This document shows positions 52,054 to 62,539 of a stretch of 64,000 bases of DNA, one piece after another; the first letter of the stretch is position 1, and the number at the start of each line of letters is the position of its first letter. The notes beneath the pieces were generated by a model. It was given only the letters and a program-made list of their open reading frames with translations, did not search any database and was not told the DNA's origin. Made by a program: the position numbers and the translations under genes. This DNA comes from Nitrosopumilus sp. (lineage in GTDB: Archaea > Thermoproteota > Nitrososphaeria > Nitrososphaerales > Nitrosopumilaceae), in NCBI GenBank assembly GCA_965249555.1, contig OZ252243.1, forward strand, positions 1,888,001 to 1,952,000, in the 5' to 3' direction.

Positions 52054-53850
52054 GTGAAATTATTTAGTATTGTTATGTTTGTTTTAGGTTTTTCTTTATT
52101 TGTAACAACTCCAATTTTTGCAACAATAGACAATCATACACTAACAGGATATGATCAAAAATCAACAATTCAAATAGAGTTTGATAATAATCAACTAATT
52201 CGATATTCTTTAGAATTTTTAGATGGCGATTCTAAGCAAATAAATCTAACACAAATTGATCCAAAATTCAAAATAAAAGATGATAGATTTTTTGTGATTG
52301 ATAGGGCAAACGGACTTTTTATTATTGGAAAAAACATAGAAGATAAAAAATGGATTATAATATCAAAAATAAAACTTGATTCAGAAAAAATAACTAAAAG
52401 ATGGATTATAGATATTGAACCAACAAAAAAGATAACTGGACAGCGTGATTTGTTGGCAGAAAACGATAATAAATCAAGTCTAATAACTGAAAATTCATTT
52501 AAAAAATCTCAAAACTTGGACAAGTATAAGAAAATAGATGAAGCTGAAAGAATCCATCAAGAGAAACTGAAAAGATTAGAATCTCAAAATAATAAATTAT
52601 CAAAAACAGAAATGGAAGCAAGTTATAGTAAATATGAAGAATACAAAAAAACAATTTTTGATAGAGATGATGATAGACCTAAACCAATAGTTGATTCAAA
52701 AAATCAAGATGATATAGGATCTATGAAATTATTTTTATCATTGCCAAAAACTGTAGAGCATAAACAAAAATTAGTTTACAGTGTTTTAGTAACTGATGAA
52801 ACTAGAGGAAAATTTGAATCAAGTTATAATTCGTTTGTTGGTAATGGTATAGTTGATGTTATTATTTCTAGTGTGATAAAAAATCCTCTAAATGTTGTCC
52901 TGCATGAATCAGATGGTGCTACTGATTCTAATGGTCTGTACAGTGATTCTTTCATAATACCTGATAGGTCAACTACAAAGGGGAAATACATTTTAGAAAT
53001 TAGTGCTACCAAGTCCATAGATGGAACTATACTAAAAGAGAGTTTACAAAAGAATTTTTTTGTCAATTCTGTTCATCAATCTGATAATACAAGACCATAT
53101 TCTATAATAAAAGATGTATTGCCCATAATAACTATGAATCAAACAATACCAATTCTAGGCAATTTGATCAGTACCATTAAGATAGAATCTTCAAAGATTA
53201 ATGCTACACATTTTAAGAGTAATGGTGGTGAAATATTTTACCTTGCCTTAAACAATCAAACTGAATATTCTAAAGATGGCGAATATAACAAACTTGAAAT
53301 AACTGCATTGCCCTATGATACAAAAAATTTTGATCTAACAAATTTTGATACAACACACTTTAAAAATTCTGATGATGTCTTTCATCGTATAAATGATACA
53401 GGAGACATAGAAACTTGGAATGGTGAAGAGTACATATTTGCGCCTAACTATACAGGATATCAAAAGATCAATCATGCACAAGCACAATTTTTCTTAAAGG
53501 ACACAGACATAGCTGATTATACAGTAACAAAATCAGAATGGCATTTAGATCAAACTGTGAAAGTTCAACTAAATGGAAGTGCTAGTTGGGATAGTGATGA
53601 TCCTTTTAGTTCTTTAGAATTTTTATGGAGTATTGTAAATCCTGAAAAAAACAAATACGAAATAGATAAATCACAACTTACAGGAGCAACACCTACAGTT
53701 GATCTTAATGCTGAAGAAAAAGAAGTATTTTGGTTTGAATTGACTGTAAATGATGGAAGAAAGGATGACAGAACCCCTGCTTTGATGAATGTAACCATGT
53801 ATAATGGGACAATCTATGATTCAAATTTTGTCTGCAAGTACTGTAAGTGA
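52054..53850 (+). CDS. Large secreted protein with Ig/PKD-like domains
   Basis: Signal peptide …PIFA; VQLNGSASWDSDD…FLWS…FELTVNDG PKD-like motif. Confidence 0.8.
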   Translation: MKLFSIVMFVLGFSLFVTTPIFATIDNHTLTGYDQKSTIQIEFDNNQLIRYSLEFLDGDSKQINLTQIDPKFKIKDDRFFVIDRANGLFIIGKNIEDKKWIIISKIKLDSEKITKRWIIDIEPTKKITGQRDLLAENDNKSSLITENSFKKSQNLDKYKKIDEAERIHQEKLKRLESQNNKLSKTEMEASYSKYEEYKKTIFDRDDDRPKPIVDSKNQDDIGSMKLFLSLPKTVEHKQKLVYSVLVTDETRGKFESSYNSFVGNGIVDVIISSVIKNPLNVVLHESDGATDSNGLYSDSFIIPDRSTTKGKYILEISATKSIDGTILKESLQKNFFVNSVHQSDNTRPYSIIKDVLPIITMNQTIPILGNLISTIKIESSKINATHFKSNGGEIFYLALNNQTEYSKDGEYNKLEITALPYDTKNFDLTNFDTTHFKNSDDVFHRINDTGDIETWNGEEYIFAPNYTGYQKINHAQAQFFLKDTDIADYTVTKSEWHLDQTVKVQLNGSASWDSDDPFSSLEFLWSIVNPEKNKYEIDKSQLTGATPTVDLNAEEKEVFWFELTVNDGRKDDRTPALMNVTMYNGTIYDSNFVCKYCK

Positions 53851-53975
53851 GTTTGATAAAAAACCTGACATGTATAATGGAACAATCTGTAATTCATCTA
53901 TATGTTAACAATGATTAATCTATATTTGGTTTAAAATTTGAGATTCTTGAAAACTCATCCAGTAATACAATTTTA

Positions 53976-54070
53976 GGCTCTGGTCAATCTAGGTGATCTA
54001 GTATGGATAATGCTCAAAAGTGACAAATATGGATCTTATTCTAATTGCCTGACCTCCTGAAAAAACCCCT
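53976..54070 (+). mobile_element. IS6-like left-end remnant
   Basis: About 95-bp inverted similarity to 51660-51754. Confidence 0.8.
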
Positions 54071-55033
54071 GATCAAAAGTGATATAAAAAATTCCTGAAT
54101 ACTATCAGAATTCCCCAAAATATACACTGTACAATTTTGGTGATCCGGACTCAGAATTCTAAAACAGACGTTTCTGATCTTTCTTGATATGCTTTTTGTT
54201 TTTACCAGTAGGTTTTTTGGGATTTTTAGAAATCTCAGCTCTGCATTTATGACAGTTTGGCTGTCAGACCACCATGCAAAAGTCTGCCTTGATGGATGTG
54301 TTGCATTGCGCATAAAGATAAGAACTTTTTTTATCGTTAATCACAAAACACTTGTTTTCTGCATTTGATAAAAGAGTGTGAATTTTTTTCTGATCAATTT
54401 CAGATAAAAATTCAGGTTTTTTACTGCATGGGGATATTATTGGTTTTAATTCTGTAGTGGATTGTTCTAGTCAAGTACTTTAGAATGATAAAAGCGATTT
54501 ACATCTTTTATACTACCAAATATTTTGAATTCTTTAGTACATGATCATCTCTTTGATTTTGTTTGTAGTGGGTCCAGTTCCATGGAGCAGTTGCATTTTC
54601 TCAGATTTTGATCCTCCTTCTGTAACAAATGGAATTTGATTCCACATCTCAGAGAGAGATGCTTTTTTGATTTCCATATTGTCAATTCTTTCTTGCTCTT
54701 GTTTTACCAGTGTCAAAATAGCTTGTCTCACACTTGATGCAAAATACTTGGCAGGATACGACATTTCAGATGTGACTAATCCCATACTTTACAATGAATT
54801 TACAATATGACATGTTTCAGTTCTGGGAGTTTGAGTTCCCTTTGATATTTCCAATGCTGTCCTTGAATCGTATTTTCCCAGATAGATGAAAACCCTGCTT
54901 TGATTAGAGGTCAATCCAAAATAGATCAACTCTTTCTTAATTTTCTCAAGAATGATCTGATGTCTATGAAATTCTGTTTCAGAATTATTACCAAATAGAG
55001 AGATTGTTTCTGGCTTTATGATTGCTCCTTCAT
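54071..55033 (-). pseudogene. TrmB-family transcriptional regulator pseudogene
   Basis: FGLTSNQSRVFIYLGK…ALEISKGT..PRTET…L*SMGLV; several stops. Confidence 0.75.
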
Positions 55034-55278
55034 GTTATACTATACTGGTAACAGTTGGAGCGGAAATTTTTATCAATAATGAATTCATTTATGGAAAACA
55101 ATCGATTAAACCTATACCGCAATTAACATTCGATAATCTTGGATGATAGTTCGCTTTTATCCCTTGTTCTTCATGTATATTGAAACTGATGCATTTTCCA
55201 AACTATTGACCAGCATTGAAAAAATCAGGCTCAAAAAAAAATTCAATCTTATCTATTTTTTCATAACACTTAATTCAA

Positions 55279-57165
55279 TTGTGTTTTCAGTTTGAAATTG
55301 TGCGTATATTGCAATTACACTGTGACAGCATCGAGTACACTCCGACAAAAAAAGAGATCAAGATGGCCGAAGATATCAAAAATCCTGAACTCCAAAGACT
55401 TGAGGAAGTTGTAGTTGCGTTTGTTGCAATAGAAGACGGCGATGATTCTTCAGTAGCACAAGATGCTATTTCTCAAATAAAAAATTCTATGGAAAAAATT
55501 GGTTGTAAAAGATTATTACTATACCCATATGCTCATCTTAGTTCTAATCTTGCAAAACCTTCTACTGCAATGGCACTGCTCAGCGAGATGGAGACTAGTG
55601 CATCTGAGCTTGAGGTATCCCATTCCCCATTTGGTTGGACTAAATCTTATACAATACAGGTAAAAGGACACCCTCTAGCTGAAAGCTCCAAAGTTGTAAC
55701 AAAAGATTCAGCAGATTCCAAAAATGAAGAAATTACATCCAAAGCCCTAAAAGGCGAATCAAAAATTCGTTCTTATTGGAAGATAATGTCTCCTGATGGA
55801 ACAATGACCAACATTGCTGATTTTAATTTTGCAAATCATAAAAATTTAGAAATTCTAGCAAAATATGAATCAGCAAAACAACGTAGTGTGGATGAATCTC
55901 CACCGCATGTTGCATTGATGAAAAAAATGGCAATTGCAGATTATGAACCAGCCTCTGATTCTGGCAATATGAGATTTTATCCTAATGGCCGTTTGATAAA
56001 ATCTTTGATTGAACGCTATGTGACTGATAGGGTTAAAGATTATGGTGGATATGAAGTTGAAACTCCAATCATGTATGATTCAGAACATCCAAGTATGGTT
56101 AGTTACTTTAATCGATTTCCAGCAAGACAATACAATATTGATTCCGAAGGCAAAAAACTCTTTTTGAGATTTGCTGCTTGTTTTGGACAATTCCTTATGG
56201 CCAACCAATATCAAATGTCATACAAGAATCTGCCATACAAACTCTATGAGCTTACCCGATACAGCTTTCGACGAGAACAATCAGGCGAGCTTGTTGGCTT
56301 GAGACGACTCAGAGCATTTACGATGCCTGACTGTCATGCGTTCTGTAAAGACTTGGACCAGGCAGTAGATGAGATTATGCTAAGATTTGAATTATCTCAA
56401 AGTGTACTTTATGAACTCGGAATCGATGAATCTGATTATGACATGGCAATTAGATTCACTGAAGACTTTTACAATGAAAATAAATCCGCAATTGAGAAGT
56501 TGGTAAAAAAACATGGCAAACCAGTATTAGTTGAAATGTGGAAAGAAAAATTCTTTTACTTTGTGCTAAAATGGGAGTTTAATTTTATTGATAATTTGGG
56601 AAAGGCATCTGCTCTTTCCACAGATCAGATTGATGTGGAAAATGCCGATAGATATGGAATTGAATTTGTTGATGAGAACAACAATAAACAACACCCAATC
56701 ATTTTGCATAATTCTCCAAGTGGCGCTATTGAAAGAATCATTTACGCGTTACTAGAAAAGGCAGCAAAAGACTCCAAAGAGGGAAAAAAACCACAATTTC
56801 CATTATGGCTAGCCCCAACACAAGTCAGAATAATTCCATTAAAAGAAGAATTTAATGACTTTTGTGAATCATTGGCTGATAAAATCTCTCTCAATAATGT
56901 CCGTGTGGATATCGATGATAGAAATGAAAGCATTGGAAAAAGAGTCCGTGAAGCAGAAAAGGAATGGATAAGATACATCTTGGTAATTGGTGAGAAAGAA
57001 GTAAATTCTGAAAATTTGAGTATTCGTGACAGAATGATTGGAGATGTCAAAGAATTATCATTTGATGATTTCTTAAATGAAATAAACAAACAAACTAAAG
57101 GAAAGCCTTTCACTGGTTTGAATTTACCAAAACATCTATCAAAGAGACCTCAATTAATGGTGTAA
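55279..57165 (+). CDS. thrS: Threonine-tRNA ligase (start likely GTG 55299)
   Basis: RILQLHCD, YPYAHLSS, PFGW editing domain; FRREQSGEL.GLRRLR. Confidence 0.98.
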   Translation: MCFQFEIVRILQLHCDSIEYTPTKKEIKMAEDIKNPELQRLEEVVVAFVAIEDGDDSSVAQDAISQIKNSMEKIGCKRLLLYPYAHLSSNLAKPSTAMALLSEMETSASELEVSHSPFGWTKSYTIQVKGHPLAESSKVVTKDSADSKNEEITSKALKGESKIRSYWKIMSPDGTMTNIADFNFANHKNLEILAKYESAKQRSVDESPPHVALMKKMAIADYEPASDSGNMRFYPNGRLIKSLIERYVTDRVKDYGGYEVETPIMYDSEHPSMVSYFNRFPARQYNIDSEGKKLFLRFAACFGQFLMANQYQMSYKNLPYKLYELTRYSFRREQSGELVGLRRLRAFTMPDCHAFCKDLDQAVDEIMLRFELSQSVLYELGIDESDYDMAIRFTEDFYNENKSAIEKLVKKHGKPVLVEMWKEKFFYFVLKWEFNFIDNLGKASALSTDQIDVENADRYGIEFVDENNNKQHPIILHNSPSGAIERIIYALLEKAAKDSKEGKKPQFPLWLAPTQVRIIPLKEEFNDFCESLADKISLNNVRVDIDDRNESIGKRVREAEKEWIRYILVIGEKEVNSENLSIRDRMIGDVKELSFDDFLNEINKQTKGKPFTGLNLPKHLSKRPQLMV

Positions 57166-57168
57166 AAA

Positions 57169-58044
57169 ATGAGCTATACTGATCTCTATATGAACAAAAA
57201 TCCTTTGCTTACATCCTCTAATGAGGATTCTGAGCCTGTAGCAACTGTATTTGGTGTTCCATTTGATGCCACTCATTCTTACAAACCCGGTTGTAGATTT
57301 GGACCTGATGTGATTCGTGATTCATTTAACAATATCGAAGTTTTTCATCCCGAATTTCAAGTAGATGTGGAAGCTGTGCATATAGAAGATTTAGGAAATA
57401 CACGTCATACTGTAGTTGCATCTGAGATGATTGATATGATTAAAAAAATTACTGCTGAGCTTGTAGCAAAACAAAGACAACTTTTCATTTTGGGTGGTGA
57501 GCATTCAATTACATATGGCACCTATGCCAGTTTTCCAAAAGAAACTGGGTATGTTGTGTTTGATGCTCACTATGATTTGAGAGATGAATTTGCAGACATA
57601 AAATTAAGTCATGCCTCTTATCTTCGACGAATTGTTGAGGAACGAGGTCCTGAAAATATCTTACATGTTGGTGCTAGGGCATTTGTCAAGGAAGAATTAG
57701 AGTTTCTTATAGAAAATAACATCAAAACAATTTCTGATAAAGAAATCCGAGAAGGAAAAGGGCCTCAACTTCTAAAAGATCATGTGTCTACTTTTAATGC
57801 CGTTTATTCTAGTTTTGATCTTGATGTGTTGGATCCTGCATTTGCTCCAGGTGTGGGCAACCCCGAAGCTGTAGGTATTTCATCTCGAGAATTGTTTGAC
57901 TTGATTCACTCTTTTGAGGAAACTAAGATGATTGGTGTGGATATTATGGAACTTAATCCGTATCATGATAATGGTTCAACTGCATCTCTTGCAGCCAAGA
58001 TAATGTCCACTTTTATTGCCATAAATTTGTCGCAGAATAAATAA
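57169..58044 (+). CDS. speB: Agmatinase
   Basis: GGEHSIT, FDAHYD, DLDVLDPAFAPGVGNPE. Confidence 0.95.
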   Translation: MSYTDLYMNKNPLLTSSNEDSEPVATVFGVPFDATHSYKPGCRFGPDVIRDSFNNIEVFHPEFQVDVEAVHIEDLGNTRHTVVASEMIDMIKKITAELVAKQRQLFILGGEHSITYGTYASFPKETGYVVFDAHYDLRDEFADIKLSHASYLRRIVEERGPENILHVGARAFVKEELEFLIENNIKTISDKEIREGKGPQLLKDHVSTFNAVYSSFDLDVLDPAFAPGVGNPEAVGISSRELFDLIHSFEETKMIGVDIMELNPYHDNGSTASLAAKIMSTFIAINLSQNK

Positions 58045-58154
58045 TGATTATTCCTGCGGATGCAAGTTTACATTAACGATAATACTGGTTTTGTAAATTT
58101 TGACCTCGTTTTATTCCTGCTCACTTTATTAGCTAGTAGTGTTGGGATTATCTC

Positions 58155-58727
58155 GTGTTAAATAATCTCCGAGATACTCTCGCCCCAACACTTGAAAAGA
58201 TTGGCAAAGGATTTGCATCAACAGGATTGTCTCCAAATTTTTGGACATGTGTTGGTCTTGCGTTTGCATTGATATCTGCAGTAGTGTATGGTTTGGGGAT
58301 TGAATTTGGATTAATAATTGGAGGTATGCTGTTACTTGTTTCGGGATTCTTTGATATGGTGGATGGACAGGTAGCAAGAGTTACAGGCAAGACTTCAAAA
58401 AAAGGATCTTACTTTGATTCTATGTTTGATAAAATTGCTGAAGTTGCAATATTTTTAGGAATTTTAATTGGCGGATATGCAGAACCGTATCTTGTACTAC
58501 TTGCAATTACTCTATCATTGCTAGTCAGCTATGCCCGAGCAAAATCTGATGCTATTAACATAAAACTTCAAGGAGTGGGTATTGGTGAAAGAGCAGAAAG
58601 GCTTTTGGTAATTGCCATAATCGGAATAATCGGTTTTATGGAATATGCAGTAATAATTGTGGTAATAATTGCTGGAATTACTTTGATTCAAAGAATGGCT
58701 GTAACTGCTAAAAACATTAAGGAATAG
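58155..58727 (+). CDS. CDP-alcohol phosphatidyltransferase
   Basis: DMVDGQVAR…G..FDS.FD motif. Confidence 0.93.
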   Translation: MLNNLRDTLAPTLEKIGKGFASTGLSPNFWTCVGLAFALISAVVYGLGIEFGLIIGGMLLLVSGFFDMVDGQVARVTGKTSKKGSYFDSMFDKIAEVAIFLGILIGGYAEPYLVLLAITLSLLVSYARAKSDAINIKLQGVGIGERAERLLVIAIIGIIGFMEYAVIIVVIIAGITLIQRMAVTAKNIKE

Positions 58728-58729
58728 TA

Positions 58730-59017
58730 CTATCGAAGTTTTCCACGTTTTCTTCTGTTATCTGCTGATCTGATTTTAAGAATCTTAAAGTGAATTGCAC
58801 ATGAAATACAATACCATTTCAAAACTGTTGGCGAAGCAATGTATGCGCCTTGTGCACGTAGCTCTTTTGCCAATGTGTGCTCTACTAGGTTTATCCTGCC
58901 TGTGACTTTTTTTGCCTTGTCTTTTGGAACTGTTTGTCCACAATTTGTACATTGGACAGTTCCTGATGAGCCTTTTCCTCCTTTAGTACGACCTCTACTT
59001 GCACGTTTTAGTGGCAT
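58730..59017 (-). CDS. rps26e: 30S ribosomal protein S26e
   Basis: CTNCG..VPKDKAKK, YCISCAIH. Confidence 0.97.
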   Translation of the reverse strand: MPLKRASRGRTKGGKGSSGTVQCTNCGQTVPKDKAKKVTGRINLVEHTLAKELRAQGAYIASPTVLKWYCISCAIHFKILKIRSADNRRKRGKLR

Positions 59018-59149
59018 GAAAATAAAACCAATTTGCTTACTTATATTCTTGTGGACTAGAAATTTCTACTTATACGAATGAGTGGAGATCACCCAAAAAA
59101 TATCAAGATTTTATCAAAAATAATGTGTCTATCTACTTTTGAGTTAGTC

Positions 59150-59694
59150 GAGACTTGGGCATAATGATTTACAAAAAAACCAAAACTTTTCTCTAACAAC
59201 AAAGCATTCTTTTCACAATCCTTGGATTCTCACTTTTAATTACACAGTTACAATACACTGCCAACTGATACGCCAGCACGCAAATCAGCACGAATGATTA
59301 TATATTCTCAAGTCCTTTCACCAGAACTGTTCTAATGCTAAACGTATCCTTGATTGTCTCAAAGAGTGCTTCAATTGATATTTTTCTCTGAGAATATAAT
59401 TTCCGACCAACTGCTGAATTGCAAAACCCTGTCAACTTTGTTCTGTTTGGTGGCGTAGAATGGTATTTTTTGACTGGACAGATCAATCTCATGGCATTAT
59501 TCTTAGCTGACTCGTATGGTTTGGAATCATCATATGCCGGATCACACCATATACTATTCATCAATCCAGAAAGTGACTCTCAATTTTTCATATGGCTTGA
59601 CATCATGAACATTTGCAGCAGTTACACATGGCAGATAATGGAACAACTAGTCTTTCCTGTACTGCAACTTCTGTGTAGTTTGTATCCATACACC
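59150..59694 (-). mobile_element. Truncated second copy of the IS982/IS5-like element
   Basis: Same TIR GAGACTTGGGCATAAT and closely similar 3' half of transposase. Confidence 0.9.
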
Positions 59695-59750
59695 ATAGCA
59701 ACTGTTAACTGTCGGTTGATATATAATTCAAAACGCTAGTAAGAAATGAG

Positions 59751-60059
59751 CTATTCTAGTTTATCAATTCTATTACTTAATGTTTCTATTCCTTGACCAT
59801 TTGCAGTTGCAATTTCAATAACATTATCTAGTTTTTTATTCATAGTATCTAATTTTGTGCAGTTGATAGCAACTTGTTCTTTCAGTCCTCTAACTTCATT
59901 TTTTACTTCTGAGGATTGTTCTCTTAATCCACTAACTTCATTTTTTACTTCTGAGGATTGTTCTCTTAATCCACTAACTTCATTTTTTACTTCTGAGAAT
60001 TGTTCTCTTAATCCACTAACTTCATTTATCAGTTCATCTGCCCATTGGGGTTTTTCCAT
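59751..60059 (-). CDS. Coiled-coil protein with 14-aa repeats
   Basis: EVSGLREQSSEVKN repeats. Confidence 0.75.
   Translation of the reverse strand: MEKPQWADELINEVSGLREQFSEVKNEVSGLREQSSEVKNEVSGLREQSSEVKNEVRGLKEQVAINCTKLDTMNKKLDNVIEIATANGQGIETLSNRIDKLE
59890..60027. repeat. 42-bp tandem repeat x3.3 (in frame)
   Basis: CTAACTTCATT at 59890, 59932, 59974, 60016. Confidence 0.95.
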
Positions 60060-60074
60060 ATTGTATGAAGTTCA

Positions 60075-60399
60075 TTACACTTTATTAAGTTTAGGTGATT
60101 GGGTACCTACTGCCCCTAGATTATTATGGAATATTTCACAAAAATAATGGATGGATTTTGTATCATTTGCAAAAGGTTCTGTCATTTCTCTTGCAAATGC
60201 ATCAAATCTGTTTTGCAGGTTCATTGCATCTGATTGTCTGATCAGTAAAGTTCCCTGAATGCTTTGGTTCTTGTCCAATTCTATAATCTCTGCATCAGAT
60301 ATTAATTTCTGTTCTAACTGTGGAACGTTCAATGAAATTTTATCTATGATATGCACATTTTACAACACCTGTTCCAAGGTCAAACCCTATCTTTACCAT
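60075..60399 (-). pseudogene. Fragmented gene(s): actin-fold phosphate-1-like N-terminus followed by an unrelated 93-aa ORF
   Basis: MVKIGFDLGTGVVKC (60340-60399), then ORF 60075-60356. Confidence 0.4.
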
Positions 60400-60571
60400 G
60401 CCGTAAAAATATCAGATTAATTCAAGGTATAAAATGGGTTTGAAGTTATTCTACCTTCTCGTGTTTTGATTTTGACTGGGTATCATGGTATATTCTGACA
60501 ATAGAGGCGGTAAGAGAACTGAACATTCCCCATTTTTGGAACGAGCAACTAGGTGAATTTTATTTTAAACT

Positions 60572-60678
60572 ATGAATCTTTTTCCATTAAAAATCTCAAT
60601 ATCGACTATCCTGGTACAGATACATGCACATCATTTTCACTAAATGAATCTTTTTCCATTAAAAATCTCAATATCGAC
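60572..60678. repeat. 35-bp perfect direct repeat (60572-60606, 60644-60678)
   Basis: ATGAATCTTTTTCCATTAAAAATCTCAATATCGAC twice. Confidence 0.95.
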
Positions 60679-61595
60679 CCAACAATATCCCTAAAATGAT
60701 CTTCTCCGAATCTATTATTCTTCTGAAATAATTTAATTATAATTAACATGCCTTCATCTTTTTTATTATTGTCTAGTATGGAAGATGATTTGCATTCCAT
60801 CAATCTTCCATTATGTGGATCTTGATATTCATTTAGTACTGTTATAATCGCATATCTATCTGACCGTTCTTTATCATTTGGTACAAAATTTTCTGGGGAT
60901 ATTAAAAAATCTGTTTTAGTATTAAAACTCCGATCATTTATTTTAAAATATTCTTCTTCTACCGTGCATGTATACTCTTTATCCCCTAATGTAAAACCAA
61001 ATCCACTGTTTATTGGTTTTGTCAATATGCCCTCAGATTCAATATTTAGTCTGAAATACTCACGTATTACGTCTCTTGAATTTGCTTTATCTTTATCCTT
61101 ATATTCTAAACTTATAGGTTCATTAAGAAATTTTATAATGTAATTCATATCTGAGATAAATGCATTAATTTTTCTTGGACATGAGATTTGTAAAGCATTC
61201 ACATATGCTTCATTGTCGTTTTTTCCTGATATGTATCCACGAATAATACTTGTAGACATGTAGGAGATTGGCGTGTCCGTATCTGTTATTCGTATTAGGA
61301 CGTGTTTTTCCATTGGATCATTGTTGCTTGCTGAAAATGTGTTTTGACATATCAAAATATCTGCTCTTGGATCAAATTTGGTTCCAAGTGATGGTAATTC
61401 AACACTATATTTTATTTCTTCATTAAAACACCTATATTTTTTGTTTCTAAGTATGAAATAAAATCCATCCTCATCACTACCATGTTTAATATTATTATAA
61501 CTAATATATTGCCATTTTCCAAATTGATCTGGTTCTTCAATATATTTTTGAAAAATTGTAACAAGATCTTTTATTGTAATATCTTTTTCAGACAT
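60606..61595 (-). CDS. Hypothetical protein with two similar halves
   Basis: 329-aa AT-rich ORF. Confidence 0.75.
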   Translation of the reverse strand: MSEKDITIKDLVTIFQKYIEEPDQFGKWQYISYNNIKHGSDEDGFYFILRNKKYRCFNEEIKYSVELPSLGTKFDPRADILICQNTFSASNNDPMEKHVLIRITDTDTPISYMSTSIIRGYISGKNDNEAYVNALQISCPRKINAFISDMNYIIKFLNEPISLEYKDKDKANSRDVIREYFRLNIESEGILTKPINSGFGFTLGDKEYTCTVEEEYFKINDRSFNTKTDFLISPENFVPNDKERSDRYAIITVLNEYQDPHNGRLMECKSSSILDNNKKDEGMLIIIKLFQKNNRFGEDHFRDIVGSILRFLMEKDSFSENDVHVSVPG

Positions 61596-61662
61596 GGCAT
61601 TATAATTTAATTAATAAATATCAATGTTATCCTATTTGGAATTGTGTATTTTTACATACTTT

Positions 61663-62105
61663 TCATTGGTATATGTGGCAGTAGTGTAAAGAAGTGTAAA
61701 GAAATCTGCTATTGCCATACCAAACTGATGATGATTCCATGACAATATTGGCATGAATCGGTATGTCTGTAAAATGGTTCTTGATTGATTCATGAGTGTT
61801 CTCAACTTTTATGTTTTGTAATATCTTTCCGTCATTATCCATTGTTGCTACTTGAAGAGATTCCTTGTGCAAGTCAATGCCAACATACATGCCCTTGTCT
61901 TTTTTTGCCCTAATCTGTTTCTTTGGACTTTTCTTGGAATACGATGGATTACGAGTCCTGGATCTGGGTTCATTTTTTATGCTATCTGAATTCCTTCTTT
62001 TTGTATTCACATATAGTTATTTTATCATCTCAGAAAACATGCTCAATCCCCTTGGTTTCCCGTGCCTCAAGGCATGCAAGAAAGACGGAGATCATCCTCA
62101 TACCC
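61663..62105 (-). mobile_element. IS110-family 5' fragment (transposase N-terminus and upstream region)
   Basis: MYVGIDLHKE…VMESSSVWY, truncated. Confidence 0.85.
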
Positions 62106-62106
62106 T

Positions 62107-62133
62107 GATTTGTGCGTGAAGGTTGATACATAC
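62107..62133 (-). mobile_element. IS66-like terminal remnant
   Basis: 26/27 match to 39348-39374. Confidence 0.65.
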
Positions 62134-62400
62134 TTTTCATACTGTTAAATTCTTCCTGGGTTATTTCGCCTTTGACAAATCTGGTCTTAAGAAGTGTCAT
62201 TGGGTTTTCGGCAACTTGGACATTGGAAATAGGTTTGCTGGTGTCCTCTTTATTTTCCTTTACTTCTTTGATTTTATCACGAATGTAATTGTATAAAATT
62301 TCTGCCTAGTCTTTTGGTATTACAACAATTGTTCCTTCTGCATTTCGTCCTCAAATGGCCATATTATGACCAGCCTTTGACATCTGTCATTCTATGTAAT
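62134..62400 (-). pseudogene. SHOCT-domain protein fragment
   Basis: PMTLLKTRFVKGEITQEEFNSMK; upstream stops. Confidence 0.55.
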
Positions 62401-62539
62401 GAAAACACCCGACGCGCAACACGAATAAGATCCTTATTGAGTATATTCGATTTGGTAAATCCGAACCCGTGAAGGTTGTAAATATTTATCAACATATACA
62501 AAACAATATGAACATGGAATATTGTGGGGGTAATGAGAA

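Noticed and set aside
60572-60678. 35-bp repeat / 37-bp spacer / 35-bp repeat with CRISPR-like spacing
   Set aside because: Only two repeats, one inside the 3' coding end of ORF 60606-61595; no cas genes or leader. Best explained as a local duplication.
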